Shown: piece after piece, positions 24,756 to 37,255 of the stretch | Layout: the number at the start of each line of letters is the position of its first letter | How positions within the stretch are numbered: position 1 is the first letter of the stretch | Assembly (NCBI GenBank): GCA_951406725.2 | Contig: OX597818.1 | Coordinates: 44,206,001-44,270,000 of the forward strand | Origin: Octopus vulgaris | Lineage: Eukaryota | Reading direction: 5' to 3' | DNA: 64,000 nucleotides | Program-made: the position numbers and the translations under genes | The notes under the pieces: model-generated | The model's input: the letters and a program-made list of their open reading frames with translations, nothing else | Database searches by the model: none | Told to the model about the DNA's origin: nothing

Positions 24756-25521
24756 CACATACATGCATATTGCCATATAATTTGCATGATAAAAAGATGT
24801 GCAGTGGATTTTACTGCACATATATTTACTAAGTTTTTTTGAATGAATTGTAAACTGTGGTTGCCTCGTTAGGATTAGTGCAGTCAAGTATGAAGGTATA
24901 CACTAAGACAAGAACTTAACAAACTCAATGGCAGCATACAAAAGAAACCATAAACAACCAAGGATGATGGATATTATCTGAAAGATGAGTATCATCTGAC
25001 ATATCTGAGAAACATTAATACAATTTTTATACATTATCTATTTGATTTGTCAGAGATACATAATATATTTGTACCACATAAAAAAGATGTAGTAGAATCT
25101 TAAGGCATTAAAATTTCTAGCCACATTTATCAGGTAGAAGAGCAGATAAGAACAGAGAAAACAATTCAGGTGTGGAATGCTAAAGTGGTTGGAACCTTAC
25201 AAGTAGTTGTTTTTGGGGATCAAATGCTGATATCAGATCCTTGCAGGCGGAGATAGAAATAGATATCAGAAAAACAGATAAGCTTTTTTATTTTAATGTA
25301 ATTAAAATTGTTTTGTAAAATATTTCTTGTTCATCATCATCATCAAATTTATTCTTTTATGTAGTCTTCAAAAGGAATATATCACAAATTTCTTTGAGAA
25401 TCCCAGTTTATAGAACAGGTACACTGTATCACTGAACATCATAAGAGGTAACAGAATAACTACCAAGAGTCAGATTCAGTGGGACATACGTAGAGGGTTC
25501 TAATGATGGAGTTTAAGTTGT

Positions 25522-26012
25522 TTAAGGGATTTTAAGATGAAGTTAACAGTTAAGACAGCAACAACATGATTTTGTATAACTCTTCATTTACAACATTCAT
25601 TAAAGGATGGAAATGAAAAAAGGAAGTTAGTTGACTAGAAAGACAAGTCATCATTAACCCTTTTGTTACCAACCTGGTTGAAACTGTCTCTAGCTCTGAG
25701 TACAAATGTCTTGTTTTCATAAGTTTTGAATTAAAATCTTCCACTAAATCTTAGTCACAATTTATGTTCCTAACACTAGCTGAATGATAACTAAGTTATT
25801 TTACTGAATTCTTTGTTATATTTCAAGTAGTTGAAAGAAACACAGAGCATCTCAAAATAAATACAGTAACGAAAGGGTTAAGGGATTTTAAGATGAAATT
25901 AACAGTTAAGACAGCAATAACATGATTTTTTATAACTCTTCAATTACAACATTCATTAAAGGATGGAAATGAAAAAGGGAGTTAGTTGACTAGAGAGACA
26001 AGTTATCAATAA
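25522..26012. repeat. ~135-bp direct duplication flanking the MITE
   Basis: 25522-25657 is repeated at 25878-26012 with a few substitutions. Confidence 0.9.
25658..25877. mobile_element. piggyBac-type MITE family C
   Basis: TTAA (25654-57)|CCCTTTTGTTAC ... GTAACGAAAGGG|TTAA (25878-81). Confidence 0.9.
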
Positions 26013-26137
26013 AAGAACTGTTACTAAGTTGGCTACCTATTCTGAATTCAGTGCACAATATGTTCATAATGTGTTTCAATTAGTATTCAATTTAATTTAA
26101 TCCAATAAGCAGTTACATAAAAATTAAGATCTGTTAA

Positions 26138-26660
26138 TCCTTTAGCATTTAGATTATTCTGTCAAATGTAATGCTTATTTATTCACATTGTGCTTGTGGC
26201 ATGTGAAACATTCGAGTGAGGTCGTCACCAGTGCCGCTGGACTAGCTCCTGTGCAGGTGGCACGTAAAAAGCACCATTTGGGCATGGCCGTTGCCAGTAC
26301 CACCAAACTGGCCCTCGTGCCAGTCACACGTAAATGCACCCACTACACTCTCAGAGTGGTTGGCGTTAGGAAGGGCATCCAGCTGTAGAAACTCTGCCAG
26401 ATTAGATTGGAGTCTGGTTCGCCAGTCCTCAGTAAAATCGTCCAACTCATGCTAGCATGGAAAGCGGACGCTAAATGATGATGATGATGACGATTGTTTT
26501 GATTTGATCATGCATTATCTCATAGCTTTGAGATTTCAATGATGTGATTGTTTAATTTTAGAATGACTTCATAGGATTGGTGTGAGAAGCCAGATGTGGC
26601 CAGTTTGAGCCTAAAACAGGAAGAATTTTTGAGATGGATAAGGGCCAGTTTAAATGCTAT
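26138..26660. mobile_element. MITE family D (reverse orientation) with nested RTE 3' tail (26190-26492, +)
   Basis: Reverse complement of the 19602-20231 MITE parts. The insert ends in (gat)n. Confidence 0.8.
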
Positions 26661-27086
26661 GAGAACTCAATGACTTCCACTAGGAAAGCTGTCACAACTA
26701 TTGTTTTGGTAGTATTGTGTAGAGGAATATAATTACCATTGTCGCAGAACATCAAAAACTGTTGCCTCATAATTGTAAATTCTATTATTATCTGAATCCA
26801 TATAATTTGCTTTAAAAGTGGGAACATTTATTATCAAAGACAATGTAGTTATATTGGCGACAAGGAAGAAACAACCAACAAAAGTAATGTTGTAATGGAA
26901 ATGTACATTTAATTTTGAATTTCCATCAATTCTTTTGAGGTTCATCATTGAGAGAATGGACTTGTTGGTTAGTGTCTAGAGAGGCTAAAACATGAGGTTC
27001 ATAGAATTTTAGTTATTTGCTAAGATTTATCATGTGTCTTTGAATCCTAATCTCCTTCATGGTTTGTTTTCTATTTGCTTTTTTAG

Positions 27087-27193
27087 GTATTATGCCATCA
27101 CTGTCTGAAGGTTCTCAACATTGTAATGCCTAACCAATGGTTAATCATTGTTGACTAAAGAAGAAGAAAAAAAGAAACAAGAAAACATTTGTG
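27087..27193 (+). other. candidate non-coding exon (5' UTR or lncRNA)
   Basis: Strong acceptor ttttctatttgcttttttAG|G and donor GTG|GTGAGT. 107 nt, stops in all three frames, in non-repetitive sequence. Confidence 0.4.
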
Positions 27194-28154
27194 GTGAGTG
27201 TTTGGATAATATTTTGATATCCATGTATACCTATAGTAGTTTATATTCTGTTCACCCTGGTTCAAGCCCCACTACATTCCTTCACTCAATTTTTAATTAA
27301 TCTGCATTTCAGAGTTGTGTTTCTTGCCCTTTTTGATAAGAGTTACCATTACTGCATATGATTTTTCTTTCCTTTACATATGTAATTTTAATGGGATTAA
27401 AATTTTTTCTTCGTTCACTACACTGAACTGTTTGTTCTTTGTATAGAAGAAATACCTAAGAAAATTTTCCCATATCATACCCATAGTTGCCTGATTGAAT
27501 AGTGATTTTCCTTAGTGTCCCTAATGTTTGTGCTACCACATGGCTAATTCAATGAATTAACACTAATACATCATAATTTTCACCAGCTGTTGGATATATT
27601 TATTAATTAAGCTGAAGTCTTGATGCTTTTCAGGCAAACAAACAGTACTTAGTGGGATAAAATTGAAATCAATAAAGACAATTCCTACAGCCTAAATGGC
27701 ATCATAAGAAAGCAGTCATATTCTTATCTTCCTTTGTATCTCCATTCAAACCTCTTCCTGCTGGTTCCACTGTAATTATCATCACCATTGTAATATTTAC
27801 TTTGACCCCCATTTCGACCAGAAATCAATTTCCACTTGAATTATCCATATTTTTTTCATTCAACCCCACAAACTTGATATCTGTAAATTTAAATCACTTA
27901 ATGTTCTCCATACCAATTATGTATTGTGATATGTCAATAAGAGCAGAGGTTTCAGCAAAAAGGTCACAGATCGTTAGCTGCTTAATTGAAAAGCACTACA
28001 AGAGTACCTCAGCTAAATGAATCAATTCATTTCTAAATGATCAATCATTAAACGAGAGACTAAACCACATACAAGTAATGTAAAACCACTTGTTGCAGTT
28101 CTTTCTGATGTGATCTGACACAAGACATTTTTTTAAATGTTAAATAAAGAATAG

Positions 28155-28410
28155 TGGAGGCATGTAGCTTAGTGTTTAGGGTGTTGAACTCATGATCGTA
28201 AGGTTGTGGTTTCAATTCCTGGACCAGGCGATGCGTTGTGTTCTTGAGCAAAGCACTTCATTTCACGTTGCTCCAGTCCACTCAGCTGACAAAAATTAGT
28301 AATCCTGTGATGGACCGATGTCCTGTCCAGGTGGGGAATTTCTACGCCACTGAAACCAGGAAACCGGTCCTTATGAGCCTGGCATGGCTCGAGAAGGAAC
28401 ATTTATTATC
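28155..28410 (+). mobile_element. SINE family G
   Basis: ggaggcatgtagcttagtg...ttcaattcctggacc...ttgtgttcttgagcaaa. Matches 30672 and 37772. Confidence 0.85.
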
Positions 28411-28449
28411 TTTTTAAAATAAGGAATAATAAAATAATTTATGCATAAC

Positions 28450-28645
28450 CGTTCAGATAACTCTGTAATGCTTATTTATTCATATTGCTTTGAATTAATC
28501 ATGCATTATCATGTAGCCTTCAGATTTTGATGAGGTGATTGTTTATTTTCACTATGACTTTGTAGGATAGGTGTGAGATGCTGTATCTGGCTGGTTTGAA
28601 CATAAAACAGAATATTTGGGCCTGATATGGCTGGTTTAAATGCTT
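28450..28645. mobile_element. MITE family D fragment
   Basis: Matches 26140-26190 plus 26495-26660. Confidence 0.7.
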
Positions 28646-28892
28646 GTCAAATATCTCTAGATTTTTATACTTCACTCAAAAGATTTTGTTGCTTTTTCTG
28701 TATTCATCACTTGATGTAGCTTTGCTGCTTACATTTAGTTTAATTCAAGAAGAAGGATTCTTTTATGCATTAGTGTTTCATGAGTTCCTTGTTTCTATTA
28801 TAGATTTCTTTAAAAATTTTACAATAGCAGATGAAATGCATTTCAACCTGTGGCAAATTTTCTTCTTTCCTTGATATCTTAATCTTGAGAAG

Positions 28893-29272
28893 TGGAAGTG
28901 CAATGGCCCAGTGGTTAGGGCAGTGGACTCGTGGTTGTAGGATCGTGGTTTCAATTCCCTGACCAGGCATTGTGAGTGTTTATTGAGTGAAAACACCTAA
29001 AGCTTCACGAGGCTCCGGCAGGGGGTGGTGGCAAACCCTGCTGTACTCTTTCACCACAACTTTCTCTCACTCTTTCTTCCTGTTTCTGTCGTACCTGTAT
29101 TTCAAAGGGCCAGCCTTGTCACACTCTGTGTCATGCTTAATCTCCCCAAGAACTACATTAAGGGTACACATGTCCGTGGAGTGCTCAGCCACTTGCACAT
29201 TAATTTCATGAGCAGGCTGTTCTGTTGATCGGATCAACTAGAACCCTTGTCGTCATAACTGACAGAGTGCCG
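28893..29272 (+). mobile_element. tRNA-derived SINE family F
   Basis: A box tggcccagtgg, B box gtttcaattcc. TSD-like aatcttgaga at 28881-90 and 29275-84. Confidence 0.88.
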
Positions 29273-29461
29273 TGAATCTTGAGATGATAAAATCTCAATT
29301 TCTTTTTGAATATGTGAAAAGGTTTTGTCAAACTCTTTGTGAATGAAGTAATAAACAGTAGTTTTCATTGACCAACCATCTTTAGCTTTTCCACAGTTTC
29401 AATTAATTCATAATGAATTAATCCAAAATTTTCAAGAGTTGTAGAGAGAATATGGAAACAA

Positions 29462-29880
29462 TACTCTTTACTCTATTTTACTCTTTTACTTGTTTCAGTC
29501 ATCTGCTGGAGCACCGCCTTTAGTCGAGCAAATTGACCCTGGGACTTATTCTTTGTAAGCCTAGTACTTATTCTATCAGTCTCTTTTGCCAAACCGCTAA
29601 GTTATGGGGGACGTAAACACACCAGCATCGGTTGTCAAGCGATGTTGGGGGGACAAACACAGACACACAAACATATACACACACACATACACATATAGAT
29701 ATATACATATATACGACGGGCTTCTTTCAGTTTCCATCTACCAAATCCACTCACAAGGCTTTGGTCGACCCGAGGCTATAGTGGAAGACATTTATGCAAG
29801 GTGCCACACAGTGGGACTGAACCCGGAACCATGTGGTTCATAAGCAAGCTACTTACCACACAGCCACTCCTCCGCCTATA
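29462..29880 (-). mobile_element. SINE family B
   Basis: Full-length match. Confidence 0.9.
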
Positions 29881-30671
29881 CATTTACAATATAAATATCC
29901 TTTATGCTATAAACACAAGGCCTGAAACTCTGTGGGAGTGGGGTCTAGCCAATGACATTAACCCTATTACTTAACTATTATTTTATCGCCACTTTCCTGT
30001 GAGTATGAAAAGCAGAATCGAATTTGATGGAATTTGAACTCAGAACATAAAGATGCATGAAATACCACCAAGTATTTAGTCCAGTATGCTGTTAACAATT
30101 CCGCCAGCTTGCCACCTTCATGCGCAACATAAATATCCAAAGTGATTGACTGAAGGAACGGCAAACTCTCATGCACATATTATTCAAGCAATTTGCTGTA
30201 ATTAAACCATTAAAGCAATCACTATTAATGTTTAGCATTTATTTTACATAATTAACTATTAAGCTTCTGGCTTTATAATTTTAAGAAAAATATAATTAAA
30301 GCAGGATATTGGCAAGTGAGAGATTGCCAAGCAAGGTATTGCTGTATTTGAATTGGTTATTTGTTGTTGTTTGGAGTGAAATTGGTAGAGTAGATTGCCT
30401 GTCAATGTCTCTATTGAAGAGTCATGCATTAAAGGACTCTCTGCTATTGTCTTCTCTCTCTTGTAGCTGATTAGAGGAGACGAGAGGGGGAGAGGGAACA
30501 GCCAATAATGAATTACCGAATTAATTAGAAATTAGATCTAAGCTCTTGCGAGAGGAATGAGTTAAACAGTAAATATAAAATATAGAAATATTGGAATAAG
30601 TTTCCGGATTACATAAACATGTGAGTGAAAAGGGAATATATTGGAATATCTGCAAGCATTACATTCTATGT

Positions 30672-30930
30672 GGAGGCATGTGGCTTAGTGGTTAGGGTGT
30701 CAGCATCATGATCGTAAGATTGTGGTTTTGATTCCTGGACCGAGCAACGCGTTGTGTTCTTGCGCAAAACACTTCATTTCATGTTGCTCCAGTCCACTCA
30801 GCTAGCAAAAATGAGTAATGCTGCGATGGACTGGTGTCCCATCCAGCTGGGGAACACATATGCCATTGAAACCGGGAAACTGGGCCCATGAGCCTGGCTA
30901 GGCTTTAAAAGGGTGCATTTATTATTTTTT
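30672..30930 (+). mobile_element. SINE family G
   Basis: Matches 37772-38022. Confidence 0.88.
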
Positions 30931-32073
30931 TTACTACATCCTATACAACAGTATCACACTGTACTACTTTACAATTCTCTTCTGCTGTATCTCTCTCCCA
31001 GGCAATAAATATCAAATAGGATATGATAGTAAGGGTCGTCCTTGGTTCACTATCTGTTCAATTTTAGGGCTGACAGTTTTTATGCTCAAGAAAATGGGTG
31101 CTTGCCTCATGAGGGGAAACTCATGATAATACAAAAGTTCTAATCTTACTTCTGAGATGAGAATTATGTGAAATTGTGTGGTACGGAAAGGGCTGTCAAC
31201 AACAAGGAATAATGTATTCATAAAATTGATTTCAAATAACCATAAGAAAGTTTTCTACAACACTTTACTTCTTTTTTTTTTCATTACATTTTACTATGTA
31301 TTTTATAAGCTGTGTTATCAGCAAACATTATTGTGAAATTGTGAGATAAGCCAAATATAAATGATGCCATTCACTAGTTACACATAAATTAACTTATACA
31401 GATTCTATGAAAGATAAAATATAATTATTCTGTTGTGTCATCCTCTTTTAGTGTCTTATCAGTAACACACTCACTGGTAAAACTACCAGTCATTTACTTA
31501 CTTATTTAAAAAAAATTTTCATTGTGTCTTGCAACCTTATCAACAGTTGTTATGGGATTTGTCCCTTCATCTATTTTCTTATTGAATAGGGATTTATTTA
31601 ACACGGTCAGTCTCAGAGGACATAAATAAGTGTCTTTTAAATTCAAGAGTTATATATGGATGACTGTTTATGACTCCATACCCCATCCTTGGTCAAAAAT
31701 ACAGTCCCACACTTTACTGAAAGCCTTCAATCTATGTTACATCTTCAGTCACAAAAACTGGCGTTGATTAGAAGTGAAGCTGTTATGGGTAAACACTATC
31801 ATATAAGCTAAATATTGAAGGACAAACCTCTGTTACAAGTAACCTCACCATAAAACAGAAAATCCAGATGTCACCAAAGCTATTGATTAGCTTGTACAAA
31901 ATTAATCAATTCAAAAATATTTCTTTTTATCTTGAAATAGAATAATAATGATTTCTTTTGACAGTGTGCTATCCTGAAGCTGCAAATGATTTCAAAAGCA
32001 TATGTTACAACAGGATAGTTTTGCTTCACTCATCATACCCATATACAGCAGTGTGTATAAACATCTTACAAGT

Positions 32074-32285
32074 CATCATCATCATCATCATCAGCTTGTC
32101 TTCCATGTTAGCATGGGTTGGATGGTTTGATAAAGAACTATGTCAAGCTTCAATGTCTTCTTTGGCATAATTCAAATGGCTGGATGCCCTTCCTAATGCC
32201 AACCCACTTCACAGAGTGTTCTGGCTGCTTTTTTTTTATGGCACCAGCACTAGTGAAGTCGCCAAGTTACTCACAAGACAAGACT
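32074..32285 (-). mobile_element. old RTE-type 3' tail
   Basis: (cat)n followed by ttccatgttagcatgggttggatgg...gctggatgcccttcctaatgcc. Confidence 0.7.
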
Positions 32286-32437
32286 CTTCAGCTGATGTAT
32301 GTATTAATAAAATGAGTTTGTAAACACATACTTCAGAAAACCTCATGTAGCTCATAAAACTATGGAAAGTCATTATATCAGAAATAAGTAGTCTTCAATG
32401 AGGTAACTGAAACATTTACTTGCGGAACAAGTCATAT

Positions 32438-32623
32438 CTACTCGTTTGTTTCAGTCATTTGACTGGGGTTATGCTGGAGCACCGCCTTTAGTCAAGCAAA
32501 TCGACCCCAGGATTTATTCTTTGTAAGCCTAGTACTTATTCTATCGGTCTCTTTTGCCAAACTGCTAAGTTACGGCGACGTAAACACACCAGCATCGGTT
32601 GTCAAGTGATGTTGGGGGGACAA

Positions 32624-32698
<75 letters not shown>

Positions 32699-33594
32699 AA
32701 TATATATATATATATATACGATGGGCTTCTTTCAGTTTCCTTCTACCAAATCCACTCACAAGGCTTTGGTCGACCTGAGGTTATAGTAGAAGACACTTAC
32801 CCAAGGTGCCACGCAGTGGGACTGAACCCGGAACCATGTGGCTGGTAAACAAGCTACTTACCACACAGTCTTTGATTTAAAAAAAAAAAAAACGAATCTT
32901 ATAATCAAACTGTTAGCATTTCATTTTCAAGCCAGGGAATTTTCTAAGCTTCAAAACAAAAAGGTAACATTTAATCTTTGATAAAATGTTTTATTTCTTC
33001 TACAATATTATCAGTTAGATTATAAGCTATCTCTACTCTTTTACTTGTTTCAGTCATTTGACTGCAGCCATGCTGGAGCACTGCCTTTAGTCGAACAAAT
33101 CGACCCCCAGGACTTATTCTTTGTAGGCCTAGTACTTATTCTATCAGTCTCTTTTGCCGAACCGCTAAGTTACGGGGACATAAACACACCAGCATCGGTT
33201 GTCATGCGATGTTGTGGGGTGGGGGACAAACACAGGCACACAAACATATACACACACATACATATATATATATACATATATACGATGGGCTTCTTTCAGT
33301 TTCCATCTACCAAATCCACTCACAAGGCTTTGGCTGTCCCGAGGCTATAGTAGAAGACACTTGCCCAAGGTGCCACACAGTGGGACTGAACCCGGAACCA
33401 TGTGGCTGGTAAACAAGCTACTTACCACACAGCCTTTGATTAAAAAAAAAAAAAGAATCTAATAATCAGACTGTTAGCATTTCATTTTCATGCCAGGAAA
33501 TTTTCTAAACTTCAAAACAAAAAGGTAACATTTAATCTTTGATAAAATGTTTTATTTCTACAATATTATCAGTTAGATTATAAGCTATCTCTAT
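32438..33594 (-). repeat. tandem duplication of a 5'-clipped family B SINE plus ~160 bp of flank
   Basis: SINEs at 32440-32870 and 33035-33434 both stop at ccacacag(t/c)c. Flank 32871-33034 is repeated at 33435-33594. Confidence 0.88.
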
Positions 33595-33714
33595 CATAGC
33601 ATTTGATCATTTGATGAATTAAAAACAAGGCTGTTACAGGCTGGCAAAGCCCATCATATCAACTCAGTTGCTTTGACAATCTTCAAAAACCATTTATTGT
33701 TTCTCAGCATAAGA

Positions 33715-33935
33715 CAGTCAGTGAACTGGCAGAATCAATACTGCATCAGACAAAATACTTAGCAACATTTCTCCTGGCTCTTCATGTTCTGAGTTCAAAT
33801 ACTGCCAAGGTCAACTTTGCCTTCCATCTTTTCAGGATTGATAGAATATAATATCAGTCAAGTGCTGGGGCCAATGTAACCAAGTAACCCTCTTCGCCTA
33901 AAATTATTAACCTTCTATCGAAATTCAAAGCAATT
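33715..33935 (+). mobile_element. old SINE family A copy
   Basis: gtgaactggcagaatc...gttctgagttcaaat...gtcaactttgccttccatc. Confidence 0.75.
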
Positions 33936-34092
33936 ATTTTTTTCTTAGCATCTTGCTAAAATAGAATTAGTGTATCTACAGAAAATTGCTTTTGCAACTA
34001 TTCCTATTACTTTTATTGTTGTTTGTTCATCTGGTTGAATATGTTGAATATGAGTATGATTAGTGACACAAGATTACAGTTCTTACTGTTAA

Positions 34093-34311
34093 CCCTTTCG
34101 TTACTAACCCAGCTGAAACTGGCCCTAGCTCTGAGTACAAATGTCTTGTTTTCATAAGTTTTGAATTAAAACTTCCACCAAACCTTAGTCACAATTTATG
34201 TTCCTAACAGTAGCTGAATGATAATTAAGTTATTTTATTAAATTCTTAGTTATATTTAGAGTAATTGAAAGAAACACAGAGCATCTTAAAATAAATACAG
34301 TCACGAAAGGG
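34093..34311. mobile_element. piggyBac-type MITE family C
   Basis: TTAA|CCCTTTCGT ... ACGAAAGGG|TTAA with an intact TTAA TSD. Confidence 0.92.
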
Positions 34312-34864
34312 TTAATGCTGTTACTAAATATTCATTAATATTTCACAAACTAATCATTATTATTGTTGTCACCAAGTTAAATATTCTCAGTTGTACTGAT
34401 ATCACTTTTTTGCCTTAGGGAAGGCAAAAATGTTGCAGATTTCCATTTATAGTTCTTAGATCTTTACCAAATGGCTAAATGGTAAAAATGTATTGATCAT
34501 AATCTTTACTGCCATATAAAATAATCCAGTCTACATTGTATTCCAGAAGATTTGAGACATTTTTCAGGAGAGACATTTATTACTTTCAAAGAAATATAAG
34601 ATCCTAGTCTTCTAAGTAGAATCCTCTGACTTCAATGCACTTGTTGTAGTGCTTCAGCCACTTCATGAAGGCCCCATGGAAGTCCTCCAGAGTGAAGGTG
34701 TACAGGACCCTTGTCACAGCCTCCTTCATCTTTTCCTTCAGCTTTGGGAGCAACCAAAAATCATAGAGAGCAGGGAGATGAGGGACAGTTTTGATGCCCA
34801 TTTCTGTGAAATATTTGTTTACCAGGATGGAACTGTGGATTAGTGCATTGTCTTGATGCAGATG

Positions 34865-35166
34865 GGAGGCACAATGGCCTAGTGGTTAGGGCAGTGGACT
34901 CGAGGTCGGAGGATCACTGTTTTGATTCCTAGACCGGGCGTTATGTGTGTTTATTGAGCGAAAGCACCTTAAAGCTCCACAAGGCTCCAGCAGGGGGTGT
35001 TGGTGACCCCTGTTGTACTCTTTCGCCACAACTTTCTCTCACTCTCTCTTCCTGTTTCTTGAGTAACACTGCATCCTGTCCAGCTGGGGGGAACACATAC
35101 GCCACAGAAACCGGGAAACTGGGCCCATGAGCCTGGCTAAGCTTGAAAAGGGTGACATTTATCGTT
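34865..35166 (+). mobile_element. chimeric SINE: family F head with family G tail
   Basis: TSD ttgatgcagatg at 34853-64 and 35167-78. Head as 28893, tail as 30840-30920. Confidence 0.88.
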
Positions 35167-35411
35167 TTGATGCAGATGCCCTGGACTTTTGCAACAAAAT
35201 CTCTTCCTGAACTCCCTCAAAACCTCCACAAATTACTCTTTTGTCGACCAACAGCCCAGAAGGAACACAGTGGATGCCCTTGTTGTTGAAAAAAAGATCA
35301 TCATGAGCTTCCTGGAAGCCTTGCTTTTCCTGGCCTCTTGCACCAGTAGAAAACAGAAGCCCTACTCATACAAATTAATCCATAAATGGTCTGGAGCATT
35401 TCACAAATAAG

Positions 35412-36042
35412 AAATATGCTGTGCTTGAGAAGACTCGACAAGCGAAAGTGAGACCATAACCTTGTGGCCTATGCCAGGGGTGTAGCCAGTCCACTTATGT
35501 GTACCTTTCCTTCATTGGACACTAAGCTCTGCTTGTGAAGACCTGTTGAGGCAAGTGAAATTGAAATCGAAATCAAATTCAATGACTGGCATCCATGTTA
35601 GTGGAGCGCTAAGAGTTCCATACAAGCAAGATCGTTGCTAGAACAAGAAGCTGTCTTCTGTGCCAATGGCACATAAAAAAAAACACACCATTCAAGCATG
35701 ATCATTACCTGCATCGCCTTACTGGCACTTGTGCTGGTGGCGCATGAAAAAAACATTCGAGCGAAGTCATTGCCAGTGCCGCTGGACTGACTCCTGTGCA
35801 GGTGGCACATAAAAAAAAACACTATTTGAGCATAGCCGTTGCCTGTACCGCCTGACTGGCCCTTGTGCCGGTGGCACGTAAAAGCACCCACTACACTCTC
35901 ACAGTGGTTGGCATTAGGAAGGGCATCCAGCTGTAGAAACTCTGCCAGATCAAGATTGGAGCCTGGTGTAGCCATCTGGTTCAGTCAAATCATCCAACCC
36001 ATGCTAGCATGGAAAGCGGACGTTAAACGATGATGATGATGA
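35412..36042 (+). mobile_element. RTE LINE 3' end (last codons, 3' UTR, (GAT)n tail)
   Basis: Begins YAVLEKTRQAK*, has internal ~60-bp repeats, ends ggacgttaaacgatgatgatgatga. Confidence 0.82.
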
Positions 36043-36216
36043 TTATAGTGTTTTTGGCCAGTTTAACACAAAAATTTTATTGCATAGCCAGCTTCCAAAT
36101 TGTCTTCAAATCCCAAATGCATTCTGCAAATTACTCATCTGTGACAACCAGTGTTTAGGAGGGTGTGTTCAAAGTGTTGTTACAGCTGTAACCTTCAATC
36201 TGGAATAAGAAAAGGT

Positions 36217-36570
36217 TGGCAGGTCAGCTTATTAGATGTATAATAAAGATATACTAAAACTACAATAAACTGCCTCTCCTAAAAAAGTCTCAAAACTTCT
36301 GGAATGCACCTCATAATTTCTTTTAGCTTACAATAAAAGAGAACAATTTGGCAGAAATAAAATTACTAAAGAAAAACAAAAGAAAAAATTGGCAGGTCAG
36401 CTTATTAGATGTATAATAAAGAGACACTAAAACTACAATAAATGAAGATGGTTATAACTGCCTCTCCTAAAATAGTCTCAAAACTTCTGGAATGTACCTC
36501 ACAATTTTTCTTAGCTTACAATAAAAGGGAACCAATTTGGCAGAAATGAAATTACTAAAAGAAAAACAAC
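36217..36570. repeat. tandem duplication (~175 bp) covering the mariner end and its flank
   Basis: ttggcaggtcagcttattagatg...ttggcagaaat-aaattactaaa occurs twice, at 36217 and 36389. Confidence 0.88.
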
Positions 36571-36822
36571 ATAAGTCCATTTTTCAATAATAAATATTTT
36601 ATATTAATAACAGCACATATACATATAAAAAAAACACCTGAAAGGTGTTGATGTTCATAACCAAATCATTAAAAACAATAAGCAATGGTGGAAAGGTAAG
36701 GAAGCTTATATAATTAGAATATTATTGTACTAATGTTGAAATTTGTGCAAGATAGTATCTGTATACGAAAGGCTTTCCACTTGAACAATAGAAGCAGAGA
36801 TAAGAAAGTTATAACAAGTTGC

Positions 36823-37255
36823 GGATCTTTTTGGTTTGAACGGCAGTTTTTAACATAATTTCTAGGTAACTAAAAAATTTTAAACTTTGTATACTGGTAG
36901 AATGTGTTAATAAAACATCTTTTTCTCTTGGCTTTATTGAGAAAATTCTATAGTTTGTAAGATATTTGGTCTTTAATTTCTTGCATTTCGGCAGTTTCAA
37001 CCAATCAATGACCGTCTATTGAGGTGAAAACATTCTGTGCCATATGAATATGTCCCTCGTTTAAGAAACAGATTGGGTTTATCTACATTTGTGAAGAAAA
37101 AAGATACCCTTACCCCCACCCCTAACCCTAACCCTAACTAACCGTAACCCTAAAACAGATTGAAATGCAATAGATTGATACTAGGGTCATGATTATGGGT
37201 GACAATTTCATATGACGCCGCTCGAAAAAAACTGCTGTTGAAACCGAAAAGATCC
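36823..37255. mobile_element. second copy of the telomere-repeat MITE (opposite orientation)
   Basis: Same TIRs. TSD caagttgc/taagttgc (36815-22, 37256-63). Contains cctaaccctaaccctaactaaccgtaaccctaa. Confidence 0.9.

Larger units (their letters stand above)
34532..36315 (-). mobile_element. decayed mariner transposon interrupted by a SINE and an RTE tail
   Basis: C-terminal translation DFWLLPKLKE...EDFHGAFMKWLKHYNKCIEVRGFYLE is mariner-like. HQDNA at ~34850 and a YAIKF-like N-terminus at ~36080. Imperfect TIRs at 34532-58 and 36287-315 (attccagaag-tttgagac). Confidence 0.78.

Noticed and set aside
28893-28970. tRNA genes at SINE heads (also 1310-1385, 30672, 37772, 38435)
   Set aside because: A/B boxes are present, but they run into SINE bodies with tails and TSDs and do not form clean cloverleaves.
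31510-31548. Variant hammerhead on the minus strand (ttgataag-gttgc...caat-gaaa)
   Set aside because: Stem II register and stems I/III are unconvincing, and the homologous copy at 46570-46600 lacks the core.
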